A DNA stretch of 54,848 nucleotides, filler included, from Trypethelium eluteriae (Eukaryota): NCBI GenBank assembly GCA_051942245.1. It is 2 parts of 2 records of this genome, joined end to end, with 100 filler letters (N's around TTAATTAATTAA, not from the genome) between each part and the next. Parts side by side here need not be neighbours in the genome. Positions count along the whole stretch, not along the records: positions 1 to 27,458 come from JAVECL010000336.1; positions 27,559 to 54,848 come from JAVECL010000337.1. One strand, 5' to 3'. Positions within the stretch are counted from its first letter, which is position 1. Each line of letters starts with the position of its first letter. Made by a program: the position numbers and the translations under genes. The notes below the pieces were generated by a model. It saw only the letters and a list, made by a program, of their open reading frames with translations, did no database searches and had not been told where the DNA came from. Below, piece by piece: positions 24,588 to 36,265 of this stretch.

Positions 24588-26026
24588 CTAATTGACCTTG
24601 GTCAAACGGCAGCTGCGGCAGATCCGAATACTACATCGAGGACATTGCATGAGCCAAGGATTGTCCCTTCTGCACATCCTACAAGCACCCCCTTCAGCCC
24701 GGGCCCAAGTACCAGCACCACGAGCATGATCGTAGGCACTTTGCTGTTGTTCCACCTCCTGCGCCCTCGCCGCCGCCGCTGCCGCTCTCTGATTCCTCGC
24801 CGCCGTCTCGCCGTCTCGTTGGGCACGGAAGACGACTCGTCCCTCATCCGCCTGCGGACAGGAGCATGATTTCCACCTTGCCCCGCAGATGTAACAGAAA
24901 CCGTTTCCACAGTAGCATCTGCAAAATGTTAGCCTTGTGCTTTTGCTTCTCTTCTGAGAAAGTCCAAGGCGCCTTACGATACATGGTAGCAACCAACAAT
25001 CAGCTCAACCATGCGGCCGCACTCTGTGCACCTGCGCCAGCCCTCCTCCTCTGCGATTCTCATCACAGATTGAACTGCAGGATCCTCGGAACAGTCATCC
25101 TTCTCGTGCATCTCTCGCTTGCATGATGGAAAAGTCGTCGATTTGCAATCCGGGCACGTTGCGACCCCACCCTTGATGTTGGTTTTTGGGATGAAAGCTG
25201 AACAGGTTGGCTGGTAGCAGTAGGTTCGATCCACTGTACTGTATTCGGTTGCTTTCTTTAGGAATTGGCTCTTTAGCTCAGGGGCGAGGAATTGATCAGC
25301 CATCTCCATGGGAATTGGATTGTGGCAACAGGTAGGAGGAGAAGACTGTTCATCTCGTGTCGCAAGGTCGAACACTCGTACCATGCAGTCACCACACCAG
25401 ACATGAGGCTTCGGCTTGCAATCTAGGGTAGTCGACTCAGTAGGATTCGTCGAATTGGCGCAAATGTCACATTCTGTACGATCGTTTGCGGGCTCTTCTG
25501 CGTGACGCGTAGGTCCAGCATAAGACCGTCGGCCTTGTCCACTGGCTTCGTTGTTTTCGTCACGCCCTCGCTTCTTCGGGACTACAGAAAACAGGGAGGC
25601 TGCCTGGTGTTCATTGATTTCAATCTTGCCGATTGTAGAACTCTGCGGCTCTAGAGACAGCCCACCGGAACCAACAACTCGCTGAACGGTGTTCGCTGTA
25701 TTGTGGAGGACATTGTCAGGTCTGTTGCACATGCCGGCTAGTCGCAGTGCCATATCATGATCGTGTGCTGCCTCGTCTTCGCTGGCAAGAGCTTCTCGGA
25801 TAGCCCCCATATCTTCGTGACATGCATTGTTAATGCCAATGGCGATTCGCCGATCTTCGAAGAGTTTTAGCTGATCGTGAAGGGAAGTTAGGTGCTCCGA
25901 GTAAACAAAATCGGCGCCTGGTAGGTCATGCTCGTGCGGGTTTCCGTTTGCCTGGCTTCGCAGTCCTTCGACATCTTCTACCAGGAGCTTGGTGACAAGC
26001 TCGGCTGTTGCTAGGTCCATAGCCAA
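24588..26026 (-). CDS. RBR-type E3 ubiquitin ligase, paralog C (exons 26026-24978, 24918-24588)
   Basis: RING1 CDIC...HVWCGDC...PPTCC. IBR YCYQPTC...CPDC. RING2 CTEC...GCYHVSCYC...FCYIC. Intron 24919-24977 lies at the same codon position as in paralog A. Confidence 0.92.
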
Positions 26027-27403
26027 TTTATGTCAAATAGCCTAGGGCTAAGAAAAAGAGGAGTGTCCGACGAAATATTCTGCTGCAAACTGTGTTCAAA
26101 ACTCAGAGCTTCTGGTGCCATCGGCAGAGGAATCAAGAATGGAAAGTGGGGCTTAAGACATTTCGAGGGTTACACAGAAAGGGATGAAAAACGAAATGAC
26201 ATGTCACAGGTCCTGACCGGAGATCGAAGATAACTATGGGTGACTTCATTGCAGTATCATCCCAGGCCTTCTACATCTGCTAAGTAATTCCCACTCTTAA
26301 TGGAATTGTATGAGATGATACTTGGTTACGAAGAAACAATGAGATTCGCATGATACGCGTGAATCGGACTCAGTCTCTCCATTTTGCGAATGCTCAGATT
26401 AGCCGCTGGTCAGTGTTCTGGTGCGATTTCCTTCAATCAAGCTGTTGCTAGCGGGATAGATCGTGGTAGCGGTGTCATTTTTACGCAAGGTCTTGAATAC
26501 GTCTGCTCTAAGATTAAGGTTCGGCACCTGGAGAAGCGAGCTGCTTCGCTAAGGCACGTGGCCGACAATCTGGAGGACAGAAACAGTTGGAAGGTCATAG
26601 CAAGCACGTTCCGTATGTAGATCTCGTTACACTCAAGATCATCTTCTCACCTCTTCACTTGCTTGGCGGCTGATCGGAGTCTCTAGCAACCCCAGCGGCG
26701 AGACATCTAATCTTCGAAATCAGATGAGACTGTTCGTCGCCTAGGAAACGAACTTTTATACGTCATTGTTTGTTTACTACGGCGGCGCAATAGTACCAAT
26801 TGCCGCTGTAACAGTTTTATTCTACTAACAAACTTACCGCCGATGCGCGCATCTCAGGGATGGCCAATTGGAAATCTTGAGCATCGATCCCTCGAGGACT
26901 AACAATGGAGTAAGTCGCATCTGAGCCAACCTCAGTAACTCACTATGGTTGAAGTTTTATCCGCAGGCGAAATCTTGTCATCCTCTGCGACTTCGGCGCC
27001 ATAGATAGCGCGGTCCGCTCGGCAGCATAACTTAGCTGCCTTACGGAGCAGTCGGAAACAACTCCACCAAGACACGCCAGCTACGCAAGATCCGATCCAA
27101 GTGCCGGCTTAGCCACACACCTTTTCCCGTCTTTGATTGTCAAGATGGGCAATCGACACCACCACATTCAGTTTCCCTTTCTGAGATGGTACGAGCGCGC
27201 TGGCAGATTCGTAGCCGTAGCTAGATCCGCAGCAATCAAGTACAACTCGGCTCGAGATTACAATAGTGAGGGGTTTAGCATGACCAATAATTAGTCTCAT
27301 TATGTCGTAATAGAGCTTCTATGTTGCTTTGGTAAGGCCTTCTACACTAGGAATTCTTTTATTCTTGATTTTCCCTACTTTCCTAGCACCATCACTTTCC
27401 ACA

Positions 27404-27458
27404 ATGGCTACCACAAACGGTTCCATAGCCAACGACTCCGTAGCCAACGGCTCTACAG
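27404..27458 (+). CDS. Probable gene start truncated by the assembly gap
   Basis: ATG in good context (ACAATGG) after a pyrimidine-rich leader. MATTNGSIANDSVANGST is encoded by imperfect 15-nt tandem units. Confidence 0.4.
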
Positions 27459-27558
27459 NNNNNNNNNNNNNNNNNNNNNNNNNNNNNNNNNNNNNNNNNN
27501 NNTTAATTAATTAANNNNNNNNNNNNNNNNNNNNNNNNNNNNNNNNNNNNNNNNNNNN
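27459..27558. other. Assembly gap / artificial contig linker
   Basis: 44 N + TTAATTAATTAA (stops in all six frames) + 44 N, exactly 100 nt. Confidence 0.97.
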
Positions 27559-27973
27559 TTCTCAATTGCATAAAAGGTCCCGCTTTGTGCCCCCAAAACC
27601 AATCACAGAGGTTCAACTGTGCCAGCAGACATTATGGAAAGCCTCCAGACGTTTCGAGAAGGACAGAGGAGAGAAAGAGAAGAAAACGCGAGAAATGAAA
27701 TGACAGCATCACACCACAACGCAATGGACTGGAAGGGGGTATATCAACGATCCCCAGAGCAGAAACATCAATCGGTTTTGCCCCCCGAATCCCATCCATC
27801 CACCCAGTCACCCGCCATAGACACCCAGGAAATGCGATCAAAGAACGCCACGATGCTGCTGCTGCTGCTAACTGACTTGCTTGCTGAACATGTCACCCCA
27901 TATCATTCCACCATTCCGACCATTTTCCCCGGATCTCCCCAGCCCAAAAGAGCTTCCATCATTTCCGGCGACG

Positions 27974-29513
27974 CTATCCCCATACTGAAGCCTGAACGCC
28001 GAGGTTCTTACCGGTCCCCCACACGCCACTGTTGCTGCCCCAACCCCCGAGCCCCACGCTCTTCTCTGGCACATTGGAGTTCGGGTTCGACGCCGCGGAA
28101 TTCGATCGCTCGTTGTTGTTGCTGTTCGATGCACCCTGCTCGTTGGCTGAGAACCCGTAGCTGAGCGGCGACGGAAGGGGCGTGGTCGACCGTTTGCTCA
28201 GACCTGGGGCTGGCGCGGTCTGGTTCTGAGTGGGTCGGGTACCAATGGGCGCGGGACCTGCCGTTGCCGTGGTAGACTTGGGACCCTGAAGAGGAGGCGA
28301 GCCGCCGGGTGAGGAAGTCGATGTGCGGCTGGACTGTTGGGCGTTCTCGAAGAGACCGAAGGAGGTGGGTTGTGAGGAGGGAGAGGAATTGCTATTGCGC
28401 CGCGAGTTTTGCTTCCCCGTGACAGCCGCGTCCTGCTTCTGCAGTTGCTCACGGGCTGGCATTTGAACAGGAGGTTCGGTCGCGCTTGCGGAGTTTTGAT
28501 TGCCAAAGGGGTCGAACGCTAATGGAGAGTTGCCGCGAACTCCAGTGGCACTTGTGGAGATGCGGGCGTCTTGAGATCCTTGACGTGGCGTGGGGTTATC
28601 ACCAGTATACAGCGTAGAATCATTGCCATACAATGCGCGATGCTGGCGGGCGATAAGCTCACGGCGTTCTTCCTCATTCATAGTATTTGGACTCATTGAA
28701 CGGTCGGACTTGGCACCAGACATGTCTGCAGCAACACCTGACCCGTCAATACTGTTATACGTTTATTCTATTGGTTCTGTGGTATCCTTACTCCGGTTGT
28801 ACTGCTGCTCTTGATGGTAATTGCGCAATTCCCGTTCCCGCTGCGCCGCCATTCGTCGCTTCTGCTGCATTGCCTGCTCAGCTTCACTCGGTCGGGGTTG
28901 GTATCGTTGGTTGGCGTAAAAGTTCTGCAGGTTGTGCGAAGATCCCGGCCGGCCCCCCTCGTAGTCGCTGACTGAGTGATGTCGCTGCGGTCCGCCGCGT
29001 TCTAGAGGCAATTCACGTTAGGAACAACTGCTAATCGAAAGGACCTGCCGAACATACCAAATTCGGGGAATGATCGAGGCCCGCCGCCCATGAGTGGCAT
29101 GGAGTCCCTTCGCCCCGCGGAACCAGACATTGCACCGAACATCTTCCCACTTTTCATTAGATTATCGGCCGCGCGATCAACCTCTGGACAGACTCAAGTT
29201 AGAAATCAATTGCACTGTTGCTCCAAAAACACGCATGATTCTCTTCAGTTCGCCGCCCCTCGACCGAGGCTTTTGAATGCAGCATTTCGCAAGAATCCAG
29301 ACTGTGACCAACGTACCCTCAAATTGTGAGCCAAAGGCGGCACTATCATCGCGCTGAACCGTCGAACTGGTGCCTGCATTCTTGTCAGAACCCCCCCGCA
29401 AGAGCTTTCATGTGACGGGAGTTGGTACCAGATCTTGATGGAGGAGGTTGTTGTTCCCATGATTGTTGACGTCCTTGAGCGGACCAAGCTGCAGAATTAT
29501 CGTAATAGGACAT
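27974..29513 (-). CDS. Low-complexity (Q/S/N/G-rich) hypothetical protein, probably conserved, about 5 exons
   Basis: Spliced reading MSYYDNSAAW...PPPSRSG / SAAFGSQFE / EVDRAADNLMKSGK / KRRMAAQRERELRNYHQEQQYNR / EEERRELIARQHRALYG...QASVWG with canonical short introns. Confidence 0.8.
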
Positions 29514-30050
29514 GTCGAACTGGTTCTGCGCCGAGGAATTGGCGAACAGGTGGCGCTGTCGTGCAGCGGTTACAGACGGGTTGAGATGTAACAGAGAAGG
29601 TTCCGGCGGATAGGAGGCCGAACCGAGAAACTTTAACGAGCGTAGGCGATTAGCGAACCTGGTGATGAGGGAGGAGTAGAAGGACAAAAATTTCTGATAT
29701 GGTATTTACAAATACAAGCGGGGAAAGGAGGACGAATGCGGCAGATGTAGAGAATTGTGCGGAAAAGCGGGTGGAGTAGGAGAAGTTAGAAGGTGGTCAG
29801 GAAAATCTCTGGCTTGGCGTCCCACTGAGTCCCCAGCGACAGCCGACTTCCGGAGATTAACACCACCGAGATAAGAAAGCGCCAACGAGCTGCTGTTGCC
29901 AGACGTACCTCGAATTTCGACGTTGCGGAAAAGCACGAGACCAAGAAAAAAAGGAATGAAAGTCCACGGACAAAGTCACCAGCCGAAGACAAACCCTGCG
30001 GGCAAGAAAAGGGAGGGAGGCGAATGGCGAGGTGGTGAGATAGTAGTAGT

Positions 30051-30090
30051 AGTGAGGAGAAGCAGACGCAGAAGCAGAAGCAGAAGCAGT
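30051..30090. repeat. Short microsatellites (TAG)4 and (AGAAGC)n upstream of the 27974-29513 gene
   Basis: tagtagtagtag followed by agaagcagacgcagaagcagaagcagaagcag. Confidence 0.6.
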
Positions 30091-33000
30091 CGACGGGGAG
30101 CGTCGCTATGAGCTTTTTGGGAGATGGCGGCGTGAGCCGAGTCCAAATTTGATGATTTGATGAGCACCCACAGAGAATCTGCGCTAGACAGGCTCACAGC
30201 GCTGGCGTGCAGCCCACGGGCGGAAATTACACTCCTCTAGGCGGTTGGTTACTTAGTAGCTAATGGACTCGACGGACCTCTGCTGCTCTGCCGTTGCGCG
30301 CAGTGATTGCACCAACTCCTGAAACTCAAAATTTCCAGGCTCATTTCCATCACATGGCTGATGTCGCACAGGGCGGCAGGCGTGAAAAATGAAAAAATCA
30401 AATATAAAAAAAAAACAACATCGCTCGGGTATTTTGCCGCTGAACCCCCTTCATCTCCTCTGTCAAAATACCCCAGAAGTCCCCTAATCCCCTAAAAGGG
30501 TACGCGCCTTGGCGACAATCCTCCCTTCTTGTGGTTAGAGCCCTTGATAGCAGTTGATCATCTTGTTCAAGCCAGTGGATACCCGACGGGTCACGTCTCA
30601 AAGGTCGCGGAGGCAGGTGCTGGTGCTTCCATCGTCTGTGACCGCGGAGTTTGCACCGCTGGGATTGCGATCTCTGGGAGTCCGGGCCAAGCACCGCAAG
30701 CATGACAGCGACGCTAAGAGGTAGCGTGGGAGCGAGCATATGAGTATACCAAGCAGAGTAGTGATAGCGCATCTGCCGGAACCAGAGGCTTGTTTCTGCA
30801 GCTGCATGCTGCAACCCCGCATCATCATGTGGTTGCCAGCATCATGACCTCTCAATTCTTTTTCCAATCGAGCAGCCCGTAAGCATAGAGGGGGGAAACC
30901 CCCACCAACTTCGACGCTGCAACGTCCGCCTTGCATTATGTATTGACATCAAAAAGCACTGCTGGCCACTCGCTCCCTCAGCCCGAAGCTCGTCTACCGC
31001 GGAGAGGCAAATCAGCATCTCTGCGCCGCGAAGGTGCATGGATTCGACATGACCACGCGTTAGATCTCTCTTTCATTCGGAAGTTTGCTACCTTCCATGT
31101 CGTCCTGCATGAAGTAGCTACATGGCCTGCAGGCTTAAAATACTTGGACATCCGAAGTATCCAGACAACACCTACCCCAGTCGATGAGGAATCCGTGGCG
31201 GTACGGCCGGGCCTTGCTCACCTACTGAATGAACTGTTTATGTACCTAATGCAGGTGAGTAGGTCACTGGAAGAGGCGATGCTGGTCCTCGACAATGGTT
31301 TGCCTGGTCTGCTCCTTCTCTTTCCTTGGTACTTCGTGGAAAAGAAAGGTCTCCTATCGTATGCAAAACATCCCGTCGCGCTTTTATCCAGCAGCTCTTC
31401 CCGAATTTACCGATCATACCGATGATCCACAGGTATTAGGCACAGTAGGGAGAGGATAAAGAGGTTCGGCATCTCCCTGATACCAATATGGTCGCGCAAG
31501 CCATGACGTTCTTGAGGTCAGCCATTCAAATGCATCAGCCTCTGAACGGAAGTCTCAACAGAAATATGATTGTATGAGGCATTTTGCTTCCACCAACCTC
31601 ATGAGGCCTTGCACACTCTTCACATGGGAATGACTTCCCGGGTCTGTTGAATTCGTCGCAACGCGACTGCCAGGATGGTTGCACTCCCCGGCACCAGATG
31701 CCAGTGTTAGGCTGCATCGGATCCAGCTGATGATTCTTCAGAGGAAGTTCTACAGGGGCCTGTCATTACGATATCCGAATACTCCGTACCAACCCCAGAA
31801 ATAGCTTCTATTAAAAATTCACGGGAATGATCAAAGGGACCTTCAGACCTCAAATCAGTAGTAGCAATCTTTGTGCACTCTTGTGGAGTTGTAGAGCTCC
31901 TGCAGAAATGCAGCTGTTCAATCCTGCACGCCGTCCACGAGCCCGATATTGCCAAAATTCAGGGACTGCTGCAGGTATCTCGGCGTAACTTGCCAGCCAG
32001 TTTGACCGAGAAAATTGCAGGTGCCAAATGCGGTTTATCGGAGTATCTGTTATCCAGAAAGCTCTCTCGACGTGCTATTTGGACATCGAGGCTATCCAAG
32101 TAGTGAAAACGAACATGCAGATACAGAATCCCGGTTTGAAGTCTCGCGCATCTGTGCCGCCTGCAGACAGCCGTCATGGACCTATGGACGCATCTCACTT
32201 GCTAAAGATCTCTCATCAGAGGTGCAACGAACCAATTCTCGTCACATACCCAGGCTTATGGTGTGCATGCTGAAGTTTCACTTGCGTCGAGTACGGGGCC
32301 ACAAAATGTTATTATCCATCAAGAAGATGCCAAAACCCAACGGCGACACAACATGTATACCGGTGAGAGCTGCGATCCTTACGTAGCTCAGTCAAACTAG
32401 TCGTGGAGGCCAGGGAATTGGTAGGGGAAAAGTTCGAACCTTAGGCTTTGTTAAACACTAGGTGTGGCCTTGATTGTATAGAGAAGATGGCGTGCAGCTG
32501 AACTGCACATGCTTCTCCTCCCTTGTGATCCAAGTCGGATAGCTGATAGCGGTTGTGTGCTTGGATACGATTCGTTTCACTTCCCACGTTTACGTTTCAA
32601 GTATTGAAGGGTATCTAACCCCTATTCTGTGGCTCAGAGTTACACTGGCCAGAAGTCAACAAAAGAATGTATTTCCATTGACTGAATAGTCGGCCTTTCC
32701 GTGGACTTTGCGCAGACCAACACCACTGGGAGCTATTGTTTCTCGGGCACAGCCAAAGCGATGCAGTCATCCTCCTGGTTTGCGGTCTGTCTCACCAGTC
32801 GTCGGGTGGCACTGGTGGTACAGTACATTATTCCCCCAGCGCACGTGCCAACAATACCCTGCACCAGGTGGCTACCCAAAATCAGGCGAGCGACGTCAAC
32901 CAAGCCAGGGCCAACGGACGCAGGGATAAGCAGGGACTTGATACATGCAACATACACACGCGCTCGTAGACAAGCCTTTCTCCTGGCCAAAGGTGCCGCA

Positions 33001-33137
33001 AACCGGTTGTTTTCGCTGACAAGGCCATGAGGCAGCTTTTGTATAATACGGGCTGGACTTGGCCATAAGCATTCTTTCCTTAGCTTTCACTCTCTTCACC
33101 TTTGATGTCCAATTCATGAGCACATGCACATATCAAG

Positions 33138-34055
33138 ATGCCATTTTTAATGTCTATTCCTAATGAATCGCGACTTTCATTACTTCAACTTCCTGTAGAC
33201 ATTTTGTTCTATCTGAATACCTTCCTCCCTCCGTCTTCAGTCATCGCGCTTGCTCTCACAAGCAAAGCACTGTACCACACTGTGCCGCACAGAAATCTTC
33301 TCGCAGATCACGATTCTCCCGCGCCGCACGTGGCATCCCTTACCAAGCACAAGGATCTCGAGCATCAGCAACGCAAGCGTCAGCCGCCTACGACCCCGCC
33401 GTTGGCTTCAGCAACAACTGTCAACGTCAAACCGCAGCACCACCTCAAGCCTCCAGTGCACTCTCCAACGCCGCCCCACAGCCCCACACCGGAGTCCTGC
33501 TCTAAGCGCGCCATTCGTACCTTTCTCCGCCACGATACTACCTCTGCCACCTCTCGCCGCTGCTCCCTCTGCAAGAACGTCCTTCCGCTTGATCTCTTCA
33601 CTGGCAACACCGGCTTCCGCGGCGTCCCCAAACCCGAGGAGTTCTGCTTCTGGTGCGCGGCGCATCTGGCGCGGGTCGTCGTGTTGCCGCCAGATCTGTC
33701 AGCTCGAGAGACGAGCGCGCTGACACGCAGTTGCTGGTATCGCTCACGCGAGAGGATGTGCATGCATTGTGGGAGCGTGGCGATCTGGGATGGGCGGGGT
33801 GGAGAGGATCAGCGCGGGTGCGGATGTGGATGTGAGTGTGAGACCTGCTGGTTCAGGGACGTCGAGGTATTCACGCGGTTCGTGGGGAGCTGGGAGCAGT
33901 ATCCGAGCTACGACTTCAAGAACGGAAGGGACGGGGAGCTGATGGTCAGAGAGACGACGGCCGGCATCTTGTCAAGGGAAGGGCGGGCGATGCGCGACTT
34001 TGGGATTAGGGCTGAGGACGTTCCGGTGTTCTCCGTAAATATGGCGAAAGGGTAA
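33138..34055 (+). CDS. F-box domain protein with Cys-rich C-terminal region
   Basis: N-terminal SLLQLPVDILFYLNTFLPPSSVIALALTSKALY (F-box-like). Downstream CSLC, CFWC, CMHC and CGCGCECETC. Single intact 305-aa ORF. Confidence 0.8.
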   Translation: MPFLMSIPNESRLSLLQLPVDILFYLNTFLPPSSVIALALTSKALYHTVPHRNLLADHDSPAPHVASLTKHKDLEHQQRKRQPPTTPPLASATTVNVKPQHHLKPPVHSPTPPHSPTPESCSKRAIRTFLRHDTTSATSRRCSLCKNVLPLDLFTGNTGFRGVPKPEEFCFWCAAHLARVVVLPPDLSARETSALTRSCWYRSRERMCMHCGSVAIWDGRGGEDQRGCGCGCECETCWFRDVEVFTRFVGSWEQYPSYDFKNGRDGELMVRETTAGILSREGRAMRDFGIRAEDVPVFSVNMAKG

Positions 34056-34174
34056 TTGGAGCCTTCCGGCTGACTCCTATGAGAAATTGAAAATTCAAAC
34101 AATTCGACATTTTTTCCGATTCATTCCGTGCACGGCCGTATTTCATGTCTCGTTTCCGCCTTGTCTTATCTGTC

Positions 34175-34856
34175 TTATATGATACTGCGTTCGACAAAAA
34201 CTTCTCTTTTCGGTTCGTGCTGCAGTTCCTCAACCTTTCCATCAACAACAGCATCTCTCCTTGTGAGGCTCTTCGCATAGAGTCGTATCCGCATCGCCAA
34301 CGACCACTGCGCCGTTGTCGTCACCACGGCAGCCACAGTCACAGCTGCCTGCACGCCCCAGAGTACCTTCATGCATCTTTGTTGTTCAGCTCCATATTGT
34401 ACTCTCATCTGTTCCAGGGTGGCATCCCGATCATTGGCACCACTTTGTTCCGACGGAAACCAAACTGAAGCGCGATCTACACAAAATCCTTCCCATATCC
34501 TGGACAGGAAGATCATCACGACAACCCTTGGTATCATGCAAAGTATGGCGTCAAGAAGAAGGTGGTTTGCGAAGACTGTGATCAAGGCCGAGTTTCTCTG
34601 TACAAGATGGAGAGTTAGCAGGCCCACTGTTAATTGGTACGTCGAACGCACGACTCACCTTACATGCTCCAATGAGTCCGAGCAGACTCACTCCAGCCGC
34701 GAAATACGAGTATATCAAGATCCGCAGTGCTAGGTGGAGCGAATCGTCTGGAACGTAGTGAAGTACAAATACGGACGCGAGATTCGATACCAGCGTTAGG
34801 ATGCTCAGAAGGATGGTCAGATGTCTGCACCGTGGAGGTACCATGTTAGTATCCAT
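34175..34856 (-). CDS. Four-transmembrane hypothetical protein, tetraspanin-like topology (exons 34856-34659, 34597-34175)
   Basis: The GTGAGT...GCTAAC...CAG intron (34598-34658) joins SLLGLIGACK to RNSALITVFANHLLLD. Three close TMs, a loop with two Cys, then a fourth TM. Confidence 0.75.
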
Positions 34857-36265
34857 TGTGCTCTGCCAAGCGTAATGCACGAAGGTTCGAAGAGTACGAT
34901 GTAAGTGATGAGCAAGCTTCCTTATTACCTTTGACGTCTTCCGCCATCACCCGAGTCCAGATCGCGCTCCGGGACCCACCTGTCCACCTCCGTCATGGCG
35001 GGGCTGGCTTATCAAGCTTGAGCTGGGGGTGTAAATAATGTGTAAACAAGCACCCGACCCCACCACGGAGGTTTTGAGTCAACCTTGTCTGCGAGTGCGT
35101 CACACCCGCATGGCGACGAGAAAGATAAAGAGGCACGGTACCGAGAGCGAGGAGCAGAAGCGCAGCTGAACCTAGCGACGTCTTCGGCCTTTTCTATCGA
35201 GGACCGGGCCGAGAGACATCGTGTTTGTGCTTCGGCTCTGGGCAATTCTCGGTGTCTTATTGCTTGTTAATCACGATGACGGTACGTACACGGACGTGTC
35301 AAAGCTTTACTGTTCCGCTTGCTTCCGACTCGACGCCTAGAAGGAAAAGCTTGTCGCGTGACTCGCCCGAGGTTGAGCCGTCATCGGTATGCAGCTTGAC
35401 ATGAACCTAAACCTGTCTGTTGTCATGGTGACTGCATAAACGCTCCGAACCCGAATGCTTTGCAGAAATTGGTAAGGATGATATGACTCTCGCACCCTCG
35501 TGCTCTCATCCTGATATGCACCTCGCGATTCCTCGAAGCAGTCAAGCGCGGCTGCTAATCAGGCTTCACATTAGTTCCTTATCATGCACGTAATAAGCAG
35601 AAGCATAAATTTATAGCTTTGCCCAAATTGTACTTTGTCAACAATATCTGCTTTGCTACCGTAGAAATAAGACCAACTCGTTGCATTTTTACCATAACAT
35701 CTCCTTATTTCTATGACCCTATCAAATCATCTACCAAATGATCAAGTGCGCCAGTCGCATGGCAACAGAGAAATAGCCTCGAAACATTGTCGTCTCATCC
35801 CTTCTGAGCTGGCTGTTCTCAAATTGAAGGAGGCAAAGCTCCACAACCAAGCTCAATGAACGGTGAATATAATATTCGAAAACCAAGTTCAATAGACAGG
35901 CTATGAAGAAGTGAGGGTACTGTTGTTGTGCTACTGTTAGGAGCGATCATAAGAGCACGATAGATGAAAAGACTCCTACTATCGATAGTGCAGCCGATGA
36001 GTGGAGCAAGAGATAGTGCATCATGCAAGAATGCCACACAATACTGTCGACTTGAAGACTTCATGTCGTGACTCTCCGCGGGCGGTTCTCGCAAAATTAT
36101 ACTTGACCAAAGACAGGAACGACTACTTATCTCGAACGTGAACAGCTCCAAGCATGGGCATCGTGGGGAAATTCGGGCATTTGTGAGTAACAAACAAGGA
36201 AAACGAAGCTCTACTTAAAAAGGCCGTAGATCGTCATCTGCTTACTGAAGTTGCGCCGGTATTAA

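Noticed and set aside
1..27458. Starship or other autonomous mobile element carrying the accessory genes
   Set aside because: No tyrosine recombinase, transposase, reverse transcriptase or helicase ORF is recognisable here. An element extending beyond the window cannot be excluded.
27503..27514. TTAATTAATTAA palindrome as a biological site
   Set aside because: Symmetrically embedded in N runs totalling 100 nt; an assembly linker.
27619..28164. 181-aa plus-strand ORF after the gap
   Set aside because: Non-ATG start; overlaps the 3' end of the opposite-strand gene; no domain features.
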